This document shows positions 12,480 through 23,892 of a stretch of DNA of 64,000 bases, one piece after another (position 1 is the stretch's first letter; every line of letters begins with the position of its first letter). The stretch lies in contig JAXLNO010000384.1 of NCBI GenBank assembly GCA_038087875.1, positions 62,001 through 126,000 on the forward strand, in the 5' to 3' direction. The translations under genes were made by a program, and so were the position numbers. This DNA is from Malacoraja senta. Its lineage: Eukaryota. The notes under the pieces are model-generated. The model was not told the origin of the DNA. It was given only the letters and a program-made list of their open reading frames with translations, and did no database searches.

Positions 12480-13857
12480 TTGTTAAATAAATACAAATTT
12501 ACTCTCAATGGTATTATTATCGAACACACTATGAGCTATACTTACCTTGGTCTAACTGTTGCAGCATCAGGGAGCTTCAATATAGCAGTGAATGCACTAA
12601 AAGAGAAAGCTCGAAGAGCTCTGTATGCAATAAAAAGAAGATTGTACAACATCCAAATTCCAATTAAAATCTGGCTTAAAATATTTGACAGTATAATCCA
12701 GCCTATTGTGCTTTATAGGCTGGGGTCCGTTCAGTCACCATAGTTATAGTAAATGGGAAAAGCATACAACGGAGGCCCTGCATGTGGAATTTTGTCGGAA
12801 CATCCTCGAAAGGATAACACCAACAAACGCATGTAGGGCGGAATTAGGCAGATACCCACTGATAATAAATATCCAGAAAAGAGCACTAAATTTTTCGAAT
12901 CACCTTAAATCTAGCTCCCCAGATACCCTCCAGTTTAACCCCTTAAAACACAAGAGGGGAGCCCCGAAAGGAGTTCCCTGTGTCAGTTGGTACTGAGATT
13001 AACTACTCCTATTCAGTTAAACCCTATCCAGTTAAATCCTGAGGAGCCTCAGATCAATACTGATCCCCAATCACCAGTTAGAGTGAACCAAATTATCAAA
13101 CAATGTAAAGAAACGTATTTGGAACATTGGGATAAAGAAACCAAAAACCAAAGCAGATTAGAATGTTACCGTGCCCTAAAAAGAGATTATAAATTGGCAG
13201 ACTAGCTCTCAACTGTTAGAGACATAAAGCAGAGACAGACCCTCACCAAATACAGGTTAAGCGACCACTATTTGGCAGTTGAAAAAGGAAGACAGAAGAG
13301 ATTCTGGCAACCAAGAGAAAGCAGAATATGCGGCCACTGTTTGTCAGATGAGGTTGAAACAGAGGTGCACTTCCTCCTAAAATGCAAAAAATTTGACAAA
13401 ACAAGGAAAACATACTTTGACAAACTCAGCCTGGCAACCCCTGATTTTAAAGAACTAGTTGACACATCAAAACTAAGATTAATTCTTGGTGAAGGAAATA
13501 CGGCACATCTTGGTGCACAATACGTAACAGCATGCCATAACCTGAGAGACGGTGAATGACCAATATGCACATATGTACGCACACACTAATTGACATTAAC
13601 TGACACTAAGAAATTAATATTGAATTGCTAAACTTGCTATCCTGTTGTACTGCTTACAGCTGCAAGAATGTGTAGCAATCAATAAAGGGCTAGAGGCCTA
13701 TTGCGAGTTTATCTACAGTGACATATCTATCCATGCACTATACTTGTATTTATACTTATGCATTTTACATATGTATGTCATGTTTTATACTTTGGCAATA
13801 TAACAATGTATTCTTTATCATACCAATAAAGTTTTTTAATTGAAATTGAAAATTGAG
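12480..13857 (+). mobile_element. RTE-X-like LINE 3' portion
   Basis: YTYLG, ACRAELGRYPL, KYRLSDH.LAVEKGR, RICGHC..EVETEVHFLLKC; aataaa then (AATTG)n tail. Confidence 0.75.
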
Positions 13858-14445
13858 TGAGACAGAGAGAGAGAGATAGAGACAGAGAGAGGGGGAAAGA
13901 CAGTGACAGGGATACAGAGACAGAGGGAGAGACAGAGTGGGAGAGAGACAGAGGGAGAGAGACAGAGGGAGAGAGACAGAGGGAGAGAGACAGGGGGAGA
14001 GAGAGAGACAGGGAGGCAGAGACAGAGGGCGAGACAGGGAGACACCGGGAAGGAGAAGGAGAGAGACAGAGAAAGAGATACAGAGAGAGAGAGACAGAGA
14101 GAGACACATAGGGAGAGAAAGAGAGTGGGCAGAGAGAGAGAGAGAGAGAGACAGATGCAGAGAGAGGGAGAGAGAGGGAGGGATAGAGAGAGACACAGAG
14201 AGACAGAGAGAGGGAGAAACAGAGAGAGACAGAGAGAGAGAGAGACAAAGAGACAGAGAGAGACAGGGAGAGAGGTAGGGAGACAGAGAGACAGTGAGAC
14301 AGATCGATAGAGAAAGAGAGACAGATAGAGAGAGAGAGACAGATAGAGAGAGAGAGAGAGATAGAAAGAGGGAGAAAGACAGTTACAGAGAGGGAGACGA
14401 GAGGGACAGAGAGAGAGGGACAGGTAAAGAGAGAGACAGAGAGAG
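13856..14445. repeat. (GA)/(GACA)n low-complexity repeat
   Basis: Direct inspection; paralog at 34004-34597. Confidence 0.97.
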
Positions 14446-14526
14446 AGTGCTGGAGTAACTCAGCGGGTCAGGCAGCATCTGTGGAGAGAAGGAATGGGTG
14501 ACATTTTGGGTCGAGACCCTTCTTTC

Positions 14527-14800
14527 GTTTAGTTTAGAGATGCAGCGCGGAAACAGGTCTTTTGGCCCACGAACTCCGCACCAACCAGCGATCACCCCGT
14601 ACACTAGCACTATCCCAAGCACATTAGGGACAATTTAACGGAGGCCGATTAATCTACAACTCTGAACGTCTTTGAAAAGTTGGAGGAATTCTGAGCACCG
14701 GGAGAACGTATAAACTCCGCACAGACAGCACCGATAGTCAGGATCGTACCTGGGTCTCTGGTGGTGAGGCAGCAACTGTACCGCTGCGCCACTGTACCGC
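14527..14800 (-). mobile_element. HE1-type V-SINE, near full length
   Basis: tRNA-like head, V-domain remnant, tail cctgtttccgcgctgcatctctaaactaaac. Confidence 0.85.
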
Positions 14801-14871
14801 GCAGAATTATATAACGGTTTCCTCCGCCATAAATGCACCCAATATGTGCTAGTAATGTCCTATTTGCCATC

Positions 14872-17511
14872 TAGTTTCGAGGATGTGGAATCGGTATGGG
14901 TAGAGCTGCGAAACACTAAGGGGCAGAAAACGCTGGTGGGTGTTGTGTACAGGCCACCTAACAGTAGTAGTGAAGTTGGAGATGGTATCAAACAGGAAAT
15001 TAGAAATGCGTGCGACAAAGGCAAAACAGTTATAATGGGTGACTTCAATCTACATATAGATTGGATGAATCAAATTGGCAGGGGTGCAGAGGAAGAGGAT
15101 TTCTTGGAATGTATGCGGGATAGTTATCTAAATCAACATGTAGAGGAACCAACGAGAGAGCAGGCTATTTTAGACTGGGTATTGAGTAATGAGGAAAGGT
15201 TAGTTAGCAGTCTTGTTGTACGTGCCCCCTTGGGCAAGAGTGACCATAATATGGTTGAGTTCTTCATTAGGATGGAGAGTGACATTGTTAATTCAGAAAC
15301 AATGGTTCTGAACTTAAAGAAAGGTAACTTTGAGGGTATGACACGTGAATTGGCCAAGATTGACTGGCAATTAATTCTAAAAGGGTTGACGGTGGATATG
15401 CAATGGAAGACATTTAAAGACTGCATGGATGAACTACAAAAATTGTTCATCCCAGTTTGGCAAAAGAATAAATCAGGGAACGTAGTGCATCCGTGGATAA
15501 CAAGGGAAATCAGGGATGGTATCAAAGCGAAGGATGATGCGTACAAATTAGCCAGAAAAAGCAGCATACCGGAGGACTGGGAGAAATTCAGAGACCAGCA
15601 GAGGAGGACAAAGGGCTTAATTAGGAAAGGAAAAATAGATTATGAAAGAAAACTGGCAGGGAACATAAAAACTGACTGCAAATGTTTTTATAGATATGTG
15701 AAAAGAAAGAGATTAGTTAAAACAAATGTAGGTCCCTTGCAGTCAGATACAGGTGAGTTGATCATGGGGAACAAGGATATGGCGGACCGATTGAATAACT
15801 ACTTTGGTTCCGTCTTCACTAAGGAAGACATGAATAATCTGCCGGAAATAGCAGGGGACCGCGGGTCAAAGGAGTTGGAGGAATTGCGTGAAATCCAGGT
15901 TAGTCGCGAAGTGGTGTTGGGTAAATTGAATGGATTAAAGGCCGATAAATCCCCAGGGCCAGATAGGCTGCATCCCAGAGTACTTAAGGAAGTAGCTCCA
16001 GAAATAGTGGATGCATTAGTAATAATCTTTCAAAACTCTTTAGATTCTGGAGTGGTTCCTGAGGATTGGCGGGTAGCAAACGTAACCCCACTTTTCAAGA
16101 AGGGAGGGAGAGAGAAAATGGGGAATTACAGACCAGTTAGTCTAACATCGGTAGTGGGGAAACTGCTAGAGTCAGTTATTAAAGATGGGATAGCAGCACA
16201 TTTGGAAAGTGGTGAAATCATTGGACAAAGTCAGCATGGATTTACGAAAGGTAAATCATGTCTGACGAATCTTATAGAATTTTTCGAGGATGTAACTAGT
16301 AACGTGGATAGGGGAGAACCAGTGGATGTGGTGTATCTGGACTTCCAGCAGACTTTCGACAAGGTCCCACATAAGAGATTAGTATACAAACTTAAAGCAC
16401 ATGGCATTGGGGGTTCAGTATTGATGTGGATAGAGAACTGGCTGGCAAACAGGAAGCAAAGAGTAGGAGTAAACGGGTCCTTTTCACAATGGCAGGCAGT
16501 GACTAGTGGGGTACCGCAAGGCTCAGTGCTGGGACCCCAGCTATTTACAATATATATTAATGATATGGATGAGGGAATTGAAGGCAATATCTCCAAGCTG
16601 GGGGGCAGTGTTAGCTGTGAGGAGGATGCTAGGAGACTGCAAGGTGACTTGGATAGGCTGGGTGAGTGGGCAAATGTTTGGCAGATGCAGTATATTGTGG
16701 ATAAATGTGTAGTTATCCATTTTGGTGGCAAAAACAGGAAAGCAGACTATTATCTAAATGGTGGCCGACTAGGAAAAGGGGAGATGCAGCGAGACCTGGG
16801 TGCCATGGTACACCAGTCATTGAAAGTAGGCATGCAGGTGCAGCAGGCAGTGAAGAAAGCGAATGGTATGTTAGCTTTCATAGCAAAAGGATTTGAGTAT
16901 AGGAGCAGGGAGGTTCTACTGCAGTTGTACAGCGTCTTGCTGAGACCACACCTGGAGTATTGTGTACAGTTTTGGTCTCCAAATCTGAGGAAGGACATTA
17001 TTGCCATAGAGGGAGTGCAGAGAAGGTTCACCAGACTGATTCCTGTGATGTCAGAACTGTCTTATGAAAAAAGACTGGATAGACTTGGTTTATACTCTCT
17101 AGAATTTAGGAGATTGAGAGGGGATCTTATAGAAACTTACAAAATTCTTAAGGGGTTGGACAGGCTAGATGCAGGAAGATTGCTCCCGATGTTGGGGAAG
17201 TCCAGGACAAGGGGTCACAGCTTAAGGATAAGGGGGAAATCCTTTAAAACCGAGATGAGAACTTTTTTTACACAGAGAGTGGTGAATCTCTGGAACTCTC
17301 TGCCACAGAGGGTAGTCAAGGCCAGTTCATTGGCTATATTTAAGAGGGAGTTAGATGTGGCCCTTGTGGCTAAAGGGATCAGAGGGTATGGAGAGAAGGC
17401 AGGTACGGGATACTGAGTCGGATGATCAGCCATGATCATATTGAATGGCGGTGCAGGCTCGAAGGGCCGAATGGCCTACTCCTGCACCTAATTTCTATGT
17501 TTCTATGTTTC
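14872..17511 (+). mobile_element. Young 5'-truncated CR1 insertion; open ORF lacking the FADD motif
   Basis: ORF 14846..17416, near-identical to 42292-44953; absent at the paralogous site near 35060-35075. Confidence 0.97.
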
Positions 17512-17678
17512 TGTGTTCCCCTCCTGCAAGGTTTAGGAGCCTTTGCTGTTGACGGAGAGACGGGGACGTGAGCGGCCATTGAGGGCGGCCAGGGTGCCGG
17601 TGAGCCCCCCCACCCCCACCCCCCCCCCCCCCATCTGCTGGTCGGTGTGCGGGCTGAGCTTCGAGGGGCTGAGATTCG

Positions 17679-18482
17679 ATGAGGGACCACATGATGGGGC
17701 ACAACAAGGAGAAGCGTTATGAGTGCGACGTGTGTGGCAAGGCCTGGCGGTGCCCGAGCCGGCTGGACATGCACCTGCAGGTTCACACGGGAGAATGCCC
17801 CTTCGACTGCTCGGAGTGCGGCAAGAGCTTCAAGATGGCGAACCAGCTGAAGATGTACCAGCGGGTTCACACTGGCGAGAAGCCCTATTGCTGCGGCACC
17901 TGCCGCAAGAACTTTTCCCAGTTGTCGGTGCTGAGGAACCACCGGCGGGTGCACAGCAGTGAGCGGCCCTTCACCTGCGCCCAGTGTGGCAAGGGTTTCA
18001 CCGTCTCCGGCAACCTGCTGAGGCACCAGCGCACCCACACCGGCGAGTGTTCCTACACCTGCAGCTACTGCAGCAAGGGCTTCACCCAGTCCAGTCACCT
18101 GCTGTACCACCAGCTCAACCACACCGGCGAGCGTCCCTACACCTGCAGCTACTGCGGCAAGGGCTTCACCCTCTCCGCCACCCTGCTGAGGCACCAGCGC
18201 ACCCACACCGGCGAGCACCCATACACTTGCGCCCATACACCTGGCTTCACCCGCTCCACCTATCTGCTGACCCACCAGCGGGTGCACACCGGCGACCGTC
18301 CCGTCCCCAGCACGGTGTGTGGAGATCGCTTTACCACGGCCTCCCACACCCTGTCTCACCAGCGCGTGCACACCAGTTGCCAGCCCTACGACTGCCCGTA
18401 CTGCGGTGAGGAGTTTGACAGCTCGCGGGGGTTGCGGCAGCACCGGCGGGCCCAGGCCGTCAAGCAGCTGCTCCCACTGTGA
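17679..18482 (+). CDS. KRAB-less C2H2 zinc-finger protein, 9 finger units of which about 5 are intact; gene or pseudogene
   Basis: CxxC-x12-HxxxH units with TGE(R/K)P linkers, ATG at 17679, acceptor-like site near 17528. Confidence 0.75.
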   Translation: MRDHMMGHNKEKRYECDVCGKAWRCPSRLDMHLQVHTGECPFDCSECGKSFKMANQLKMYQRVHTGEKPYCCGTCRKNFSQLSVLRNHRRVHSSERPFTCAQCGKGFTVSGNLLRHQRTHTGECSYTCSYCSKGFTQSSHLLYHQLNHTGERPYTCSYCGKGFTLSATLLRHQRTHTGEHPYTCAHTPGFTRSTYLLTHQRVHTGDRPVPSTVCGDRFTTASHTLSHQRVHTSCQPYDCPYCGEEFDSSRGLRQHRRAQAVKQLLPL

Positions 18483-18690
18483 CAAGAGAGCACGGGGGCT
18501 GCGGGAGCACCAGCGGATACACACCGGAGAGACACCCTTTGTGTGTGCTGAGTGTGGCAAGGGTTTCACCCCCCTTGAGCACCTGCTGGAGCACCGACGA
18601 GTCGACACCGTCCAGCGCCCCTGCCCACTCTGTGGCAAGCCCTTTGCCCGCCCCTCCAGCCTGCTGGCACACCGCCACGTGGATAGATAG
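18465..18690 (+). pseudogene. Out-of-frame vestigial zinc fingers at and after the stop
   Basis: CSHCDK..HQRIHTGETPFVCAECGKGF..CPLCGKPF in frame 18319..18690. Confidence 0.8.
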
Positions 18691-18699
18691 CGGCTGTTT

Positions 18700-19715
18700 A
18701 GGTAGACACAAAATGCTGGAAGGAATGGGTAACGTTTCAGGGTCGAGACCCATCTTCATTGTCGATCTGAAACGTCACCCATTCCTTGTCTCCAGAGTTA
18801 CTCCAGCACTCTGAAATGTCACCTATCCATGTTCTCCACAGATGCTGCCTAACCCGCTGAGTTACTCCAGCACTCTGTGTTAGTCATAGAGTGATACAGT
18901 GTGGAAACAGGCCCTTCGGCCCAACTTGCCCACACCGACTAACATGTCCCAGCTACACTAGACCCACCTGCCTGTGTTTGGTCCATATCCCTCCAAACGT
19001 GTCCTATCCATGTAACTGTCTAACTGTTTCTTGGGATAGTCACAGCCTCAACTTCCTCCTCTGACAGTTTGTTCCATACTCCCACCACCCTCTGTGTGAA
19101 CAAGTTACCCCTCAGTTTCCTTTTAAATCTTTTCACCTTCACCTTGAACCCATGTCCTCTGGTCCTCGACCCCCCCCCCCCCACTCTGGGCAAGAGATTC
19201 TGTGCATCTAACTAAATTGTGTTCTATGCAAGATTCCAGCATCTGCAGTATCTTGTGTTTCCCTCACCTATATCCACCTATCACTTCTGAAGAAGGGTCT
19301 CATTCTGAAACGTCACCCATTCCTTCTCTCTAGAGATGTTGCCTGTCCCGCTGAGTTACTTCAGCATTTTGTGTCCACCTGTCACTTGCCAGGCTTTGTC
19401 CAGCCCCCATCTCTCTTTTCCAGCTTCCTCCCCCCACCCTCTCCACTCAGCCTGAAGAAGGGTCCTGACTCAAAACGTCGTCTGTCCTTTCCCTCTAAAG
19501 CAGTGGAGGAACTAAGTAGGTCAGGCTGCATCTGTAGTGGGAAGGGAATCTAAGGTGACCACTCCCTCCTCTCCTTTCCAACTTTCTCCACCCCCCACAC
19601 CAAGCAGTCTGAAGAAGGGTCCTGACCTAGAATGTTGCCTGTCCATGCTCTCCAGACATGCAAGTTACTCTAGGAGATTGTGTCTCTCTTTGTAAACCAG
19701 CATCTGCTGTTCCTT
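18700..19715. mobile_element. Cluster of Penelope terminal-repeat fragments with degenerate hammerhead cores
   Basis: CTGAAGAAGGGTC...GAAACGTC at 19287-19314 and degenerate cores near 18735, 19452 and 19609; gatgctgcc/ctgagttactccagc motifs. Confidence 0.65.
18880..19212 (-). mobile_element. Second CR1-type (HER1-like) LINE 3' end
   Basis: Tail gggccgaagggcctgtttccacactgtatcactctatgact, shared with the HE1 SINE tail; also at 48770-49025 and 51320-51590. Confidence 0.8.
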
Positions 19716-19717
19716 CT

Positions 19718-19972
19718 TTACGTATGTGAAGAGGAAAACATTAGTTAAGACGAAAGTTGGACTCTTGAAGACTGAAAAAGGTGAATGTATAATGGGGAAC
19801 AAGGAAATGGCAGATGAGTTGAACATTTACTTTGGATCCGTCTTCACTAAGGAGGACACAAACAATCTTCCTGATGTACTAGTGGCCAGAGGATCTGGGG
19901 TGACGGAGGAACTGAAGGAAATCCACACTAGGCAGGAAATGGTGTTGGATAGACTGATGGGACTGAAGGATG
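19718..19972 (+). mobile_element. CR1 ORF2 internal fragment
   Basis: MGNKEMADELN.YFGSVFTKED. Confidence 0.9.
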
Positions 19973-20430
19973 CAGGGCTCTCGCTTAACCTTTTTTCCCT
20001 GTTGCCAGCCGGGCAACCTTGGCAGCTTTTTAGGTTGCCAAAAGACAGTTTAGGTGGTCATTTAAGATGGCTTGCATGACGCGTGCGATAATGTGCTCAG
20101 ACGAAGTGCGTAGTTACCAGTCGGAATTATACTCAATGAAGCATTCACATATTATTTCTGCTTCAAAAAAGTCACAAACTAAACATATTCACCAATCAAG
20201 ACATGATATATCCCACAATGACATGCAGCAAAATTATAAGACAGTATCTGAACTCTTTTTACACATTGCAATTAATGCATTTCTATTAGTTCTTTCCACT
20301 TCCAAACAAAAATGTGGTTAGATTATTCAGCGTATGATCAACCTGTGTCAATAAATCCTGGACCATGGTAACATATATGCGTACGTATAGTTATGAATGT
20401 TGCTCATTAAATAACTACAGTACTGATACT
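19973..20430. mobile_element. Possible end of a hAT-like DNA transposon
   Basis: Begins CAGGGCTCTCGC exactly where the CR1 breaks; no partner end found. Confidence 0.3.
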
Positions 20431-20435
20431 CCATA

Positions 20436-21240
20436 GTGGCGGCGCTGTTGCACAGCTGCGGCTCGCCTGCAGTCCGTCTGTTTTTATTTTTGTTGTTTTC
20501 TTTTGTCCTGTTTTAGTCAAATTTTAGTTTATTGGGTTGTGTACGTGTGCGGTGGGGTGGGGGGGGGGTGAAACATGACTGTTGTCTCTTCCTTCGGGGA
20601 ATGCGACTTTTTCTTGTCGTATCCCCCTTCTCTGCCTCCGTCTGCGCTGAGGCCTAATGGCGGAGCTGGCGGCCTCCAACTACAACTGCGACCGACCGAC
20701 CTCGAGGCAGAGCCAGGACTTACCAGCGCGGGGCTGGCCGGCGTCGGGGCTGCGGTGGCGTTCCGGCAGTGGCGACCAAGGACACTGGTGGCGACCTGAA
20801 TCCGGAGGCTCGGCCGCGGGCCTAGTGGACGACATCGTCGGGAGCTCGCAGGTCACAGGTGGGTGACCTATTTTTCTGGGGCTCCCGCAACTACAGCCGC
20901 GTCCGCTGATCTGGAGGGCGGCAGCTTCGGCCACCCCGGGCCGCGGAGCTTGAACCGACCCGTCGCGGACGGAGCACGGATTCAGCAGCGTCCCGGCGGG
21001 GTCACAACATCAGAAGCCTGGATCGCCTCAGCGCAGGGGGAGAATAAAGAGGGAAGAGACAGAGACTTTAAGACTTTTGCCTCCATCACAGCGAGGAAGT
21101 GCCTGGTGAACTCACTGTGGTGGATGTTAATTTGTGTTTATTGTGTGTTTTGTTATTTATTATATGTATGACTGCAGGGAACGAAATTTCGTTCAGACCG
21201 AAAGGTCTGAATGACAATAAAGGAATCTAAATCTAAGTAT
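20436..21240 (+). mobile_element. GC-rich non-autonomous retroelement with Rex1-like 3' hairpin
   Basis: 3' end matches the reverse complement of 26583-26800; hairpin 21192-21211, AATAAA, (AATCTA)n tail. Confidence 0.65.
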
Positions 21241-21648
21241 AAGTCTAACCTTGTAGAGTCTCCAATACATCCCTGTTGTACACAAGCCCTCTGTAAATAA
21301 ATGCCAGCATTGAGTTTGCTTTTGTTACTACTGATTCGACCGCAGATGACCATTTTCGGAATCCTGCACCAGTTACACCTCTGATTTCCCAATTCTGTCC
21401 CCATTTACAAAATAGTCTGTGCCTTTAATCCTGCGATCAGCATGCACGACTCCACACTTTGCTGCACGATGTTCCACCTGCCACTTCTCTGGGGCAGAGA
21501 GAGGAAGGGAGGGAGGGAGTGTGTGAGGGGGGAGGGGGGAGGGGGGTCTCTGGACGTGTCCATGAGGCTGTGACTGGAACACCGATTAGATGGGCAAGTC
21601 TACACAACCTTCACCTCACTGTCGTACGGCACAGAAATCTGGCCCTTT

Positions 21649-21857
21649 GGCCACTGCAGCCATCACACTGGTCACTGTGGTCACTGATCTCTGGATCCAG
21701 GCTGTTTCTGCAGAGGCGAGGGTTTAAATCCCACCACTGCCCACTGCCCCCACACACTGGGCAATGGTGGGATTCAAACACTTGCTTCTGCGGAGACTGA
21801 GCCTGGATCCAGAGATCAATGTGTGACCACAGTGACCAGTGTGTGGGTGCAGTGGCC
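21649..21857. repeat. Imperfect inverted repeat with arms of about 95 bp
   Basis: 21649-21742 is the reverse complement of 21759-21857 with few mismatches. Confidence 0.9.
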
Positions 21858-22032
21858 GCAGTGACCAGTGTGTGGCCGCAGTGACCAGTGTGTGCCCGCA
21901 GTGACCAGTGTGTGGCCGCAGTGACCAGTGTGTGGCTGCAGTGACCAGTGTGGGCGCAGTGACCAGTGTGTGGGTGCAGTGACCAGTGTGGGTGCAGTGA
22001 CCAGTGTGTGGGTGCAGTGACCAGTGCGTGGG
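21830..22032. repeat. 18-20-bp minisatellite (gcagtgaccagtgtgtgg)n
   Basis: About 10 tandem units. Confidence 0.95.
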
Positions 22033-22071
22033 TAGAGTGAGTTAAGGGGTAAGGTTGAGGGTTGGGGGTTG

Positions 22072-22700
22072 ACAATAGACAATAGGTGCAGGAATAGGCC
22101 ATTCGGCCCTTCGAGCCAGCACCACAATTCAATGTGATCATGGCTGATCATCCCCAATCAGTACCCCGTTCCTGCCTTCTCCCCATATCCCCCGACTCCG
22201 CTATTTTTTTAAGTCCTATCTAGATCTCTTGAAAGCATCCAGAGAACCTGCCTCCACTGCCCTCTGAGGCAGAGAATTCCACCGATTCACAACTCTCTGT
22301 GAGAATAGGTGTTTCCTCATCTCCGTTCTAAATGGCTTACCCCTTATTCTTAAACTGTGTGTGGCCCCTGGTTCTGGACCCACCCCACCAACATCGGGAA
22401 CATGTTTCCTGCCTCTAGCGTGTCCAAGCCCTTAAGAATTTTATAAGTTTCTATAAGATCCCCCCTCAATCTTCTAATTATAGCAAGTACAAGCCGAGTC
22501 TATTCAGTCTTTCTTCATATGAAAGTCCTGACATCTCGTATCAATGTAAAACTGTCCCTACAGCTGCACTCCCCCAATAGCAAGAATGTCCTTCCTCAAA
22601 TTAGGGGACCAAAACTGCTCACAATACTCCAGGTGTGGTCTCACTAGGGCCCTGTACAACTGCAGAAGGACATCTTTGCTCCTACATTCGATTCCTCTTG
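22072..22700 (-). mobile_element. CR1 3' end, CTATTGT-tail subfamily
   Basis: 3'UTR and RT C-terminal homology. Confidence 0.9.
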
Positions 22701-22714
22701 TTATTTCATTACAG

Positions 22715-22945
22715 TACCAGAGACACGGGTTCTGTACGGAGTTTGTACGTTCTCCGAGTGACCAAGAGGGTTTTCTCAGAGATCTTCACTTTCCTCCCAC
22801 ACTCCAAAGATGTGCAGGTTAATTGACGGTATAAATGTAACATTGTCCTTAGTGTGTGTAGGATCGTGTTAATGTGCGGGGATCGCTGGTCGGTGCAGAC
22901 TCGGTGGGCCAAAGGGCCTGTTTCCACGCTGTGTCCCTAAATGTG
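22715..22945 (+). mobile_element. HE1-type V-SINE, 5'-deleted
   Basis: tttcctcccacactccaaaga V-domain and gggcctgtttccacgctg tail. Confidence 0.8.
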
Positions 22946-23136
22946 AAACTTACCATGTCATATGAAGCGTTCTCCCCGACACTGCCCCTGATACTGTGCC
23001 CTTTACCATGGACATTGAAACCCTGTGCACAAACAGAAACAGAGAGGAGCATACAGGCAGTTCAAATATCTGGAGAAACACACCATGACAAACCAGATAC
23101 TACTTTAACTGACAAAGAAATACTTTGAATTAAATG

Positions 23137-23892
23137 AGACATAGAAACATAGAAAATAGGTGCAGGAGTAGGCCATTCGGCCCTTCGAGCCTGCACCGCC
23201 ATTCAATATGATCATGGCTGATCATCCAACTCAGTATCCTGTACCTGCTTTCTCTCCATACCCTCTGATCCCTTTAGCCACGAGGGCCACATCTAACTCC
23301 CTCTTAAATATAGCCAATGAACTGGCCTCAACTGCCTTCTGTGGCAGAGAATTCCAGAGATTCACCACTCTCTGTGTGAAAAATGTGTTCCTCATCTCGG
23401 TCCTAAAAATGTCCCCCTTATCCTTAAACTGTGACCCCTTGTTCTGAACTGGCCTTGACTACCCTCTGTGGCAGAGAGTTCCAGAGATTCACCACTCTCT
23501 GTGTAAAAAAAGTTCTCATCTCGGTTTTAAAGGATTTCCCCCTTATCCTTAAGCTGTGACCCCTTGTCCTGGACTTCCCCAACATCGGGAGCAATCTTCC
23601 TGCATCTAGCCTGTCCAACCACTTAAGAATGGTGTAAGTTTCTATAAGATCCCCCTCAATCTTCTAAATTCTAGCGAGTACAAACCGAGTCTATCCAGTC
23701 ATTCTTCATATGAAAGTCCTGCCATCCCAGGGATCAGTCTGGTGAACATTCTCTGTACTCCCTCTATGGCAAGAATGTCTTTCCTCAGATTGTACGCAAA
23801 CTGTACGCAATACTCCAGGTGTGGTCTCACCAAGACCATGTACAACTGCAGTAGAACCTCCCTGCTCCTATACTCAAATCCTTTTGCTATGT
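23137..23892 (-). mobile_element. Chimeric CR1 3' end
   Basis: Internal duplication at 23446; segments match private variants of the CR1 copies at 8.5 kb and 17.2 kb. Confidence 0.9.

Noticed and set aside
13765..14310. Ser/Leu- and Arg/Glu-rich ORFs, also near 31.5, 34, 40 and 45 kb
   Set aside because: Translations of GA/CT microsatellites
14700..14800. tRNA gene
   Set aside because: A/B-box-like head continues into the V-SINE body and LINE tail; no full cloverleaf
17436..18638. 400-aa minus-strand ORF, and similar ORFs over 35377-37019
   Set aside because: Antisense shadows of GC-rich zinc-finger codons
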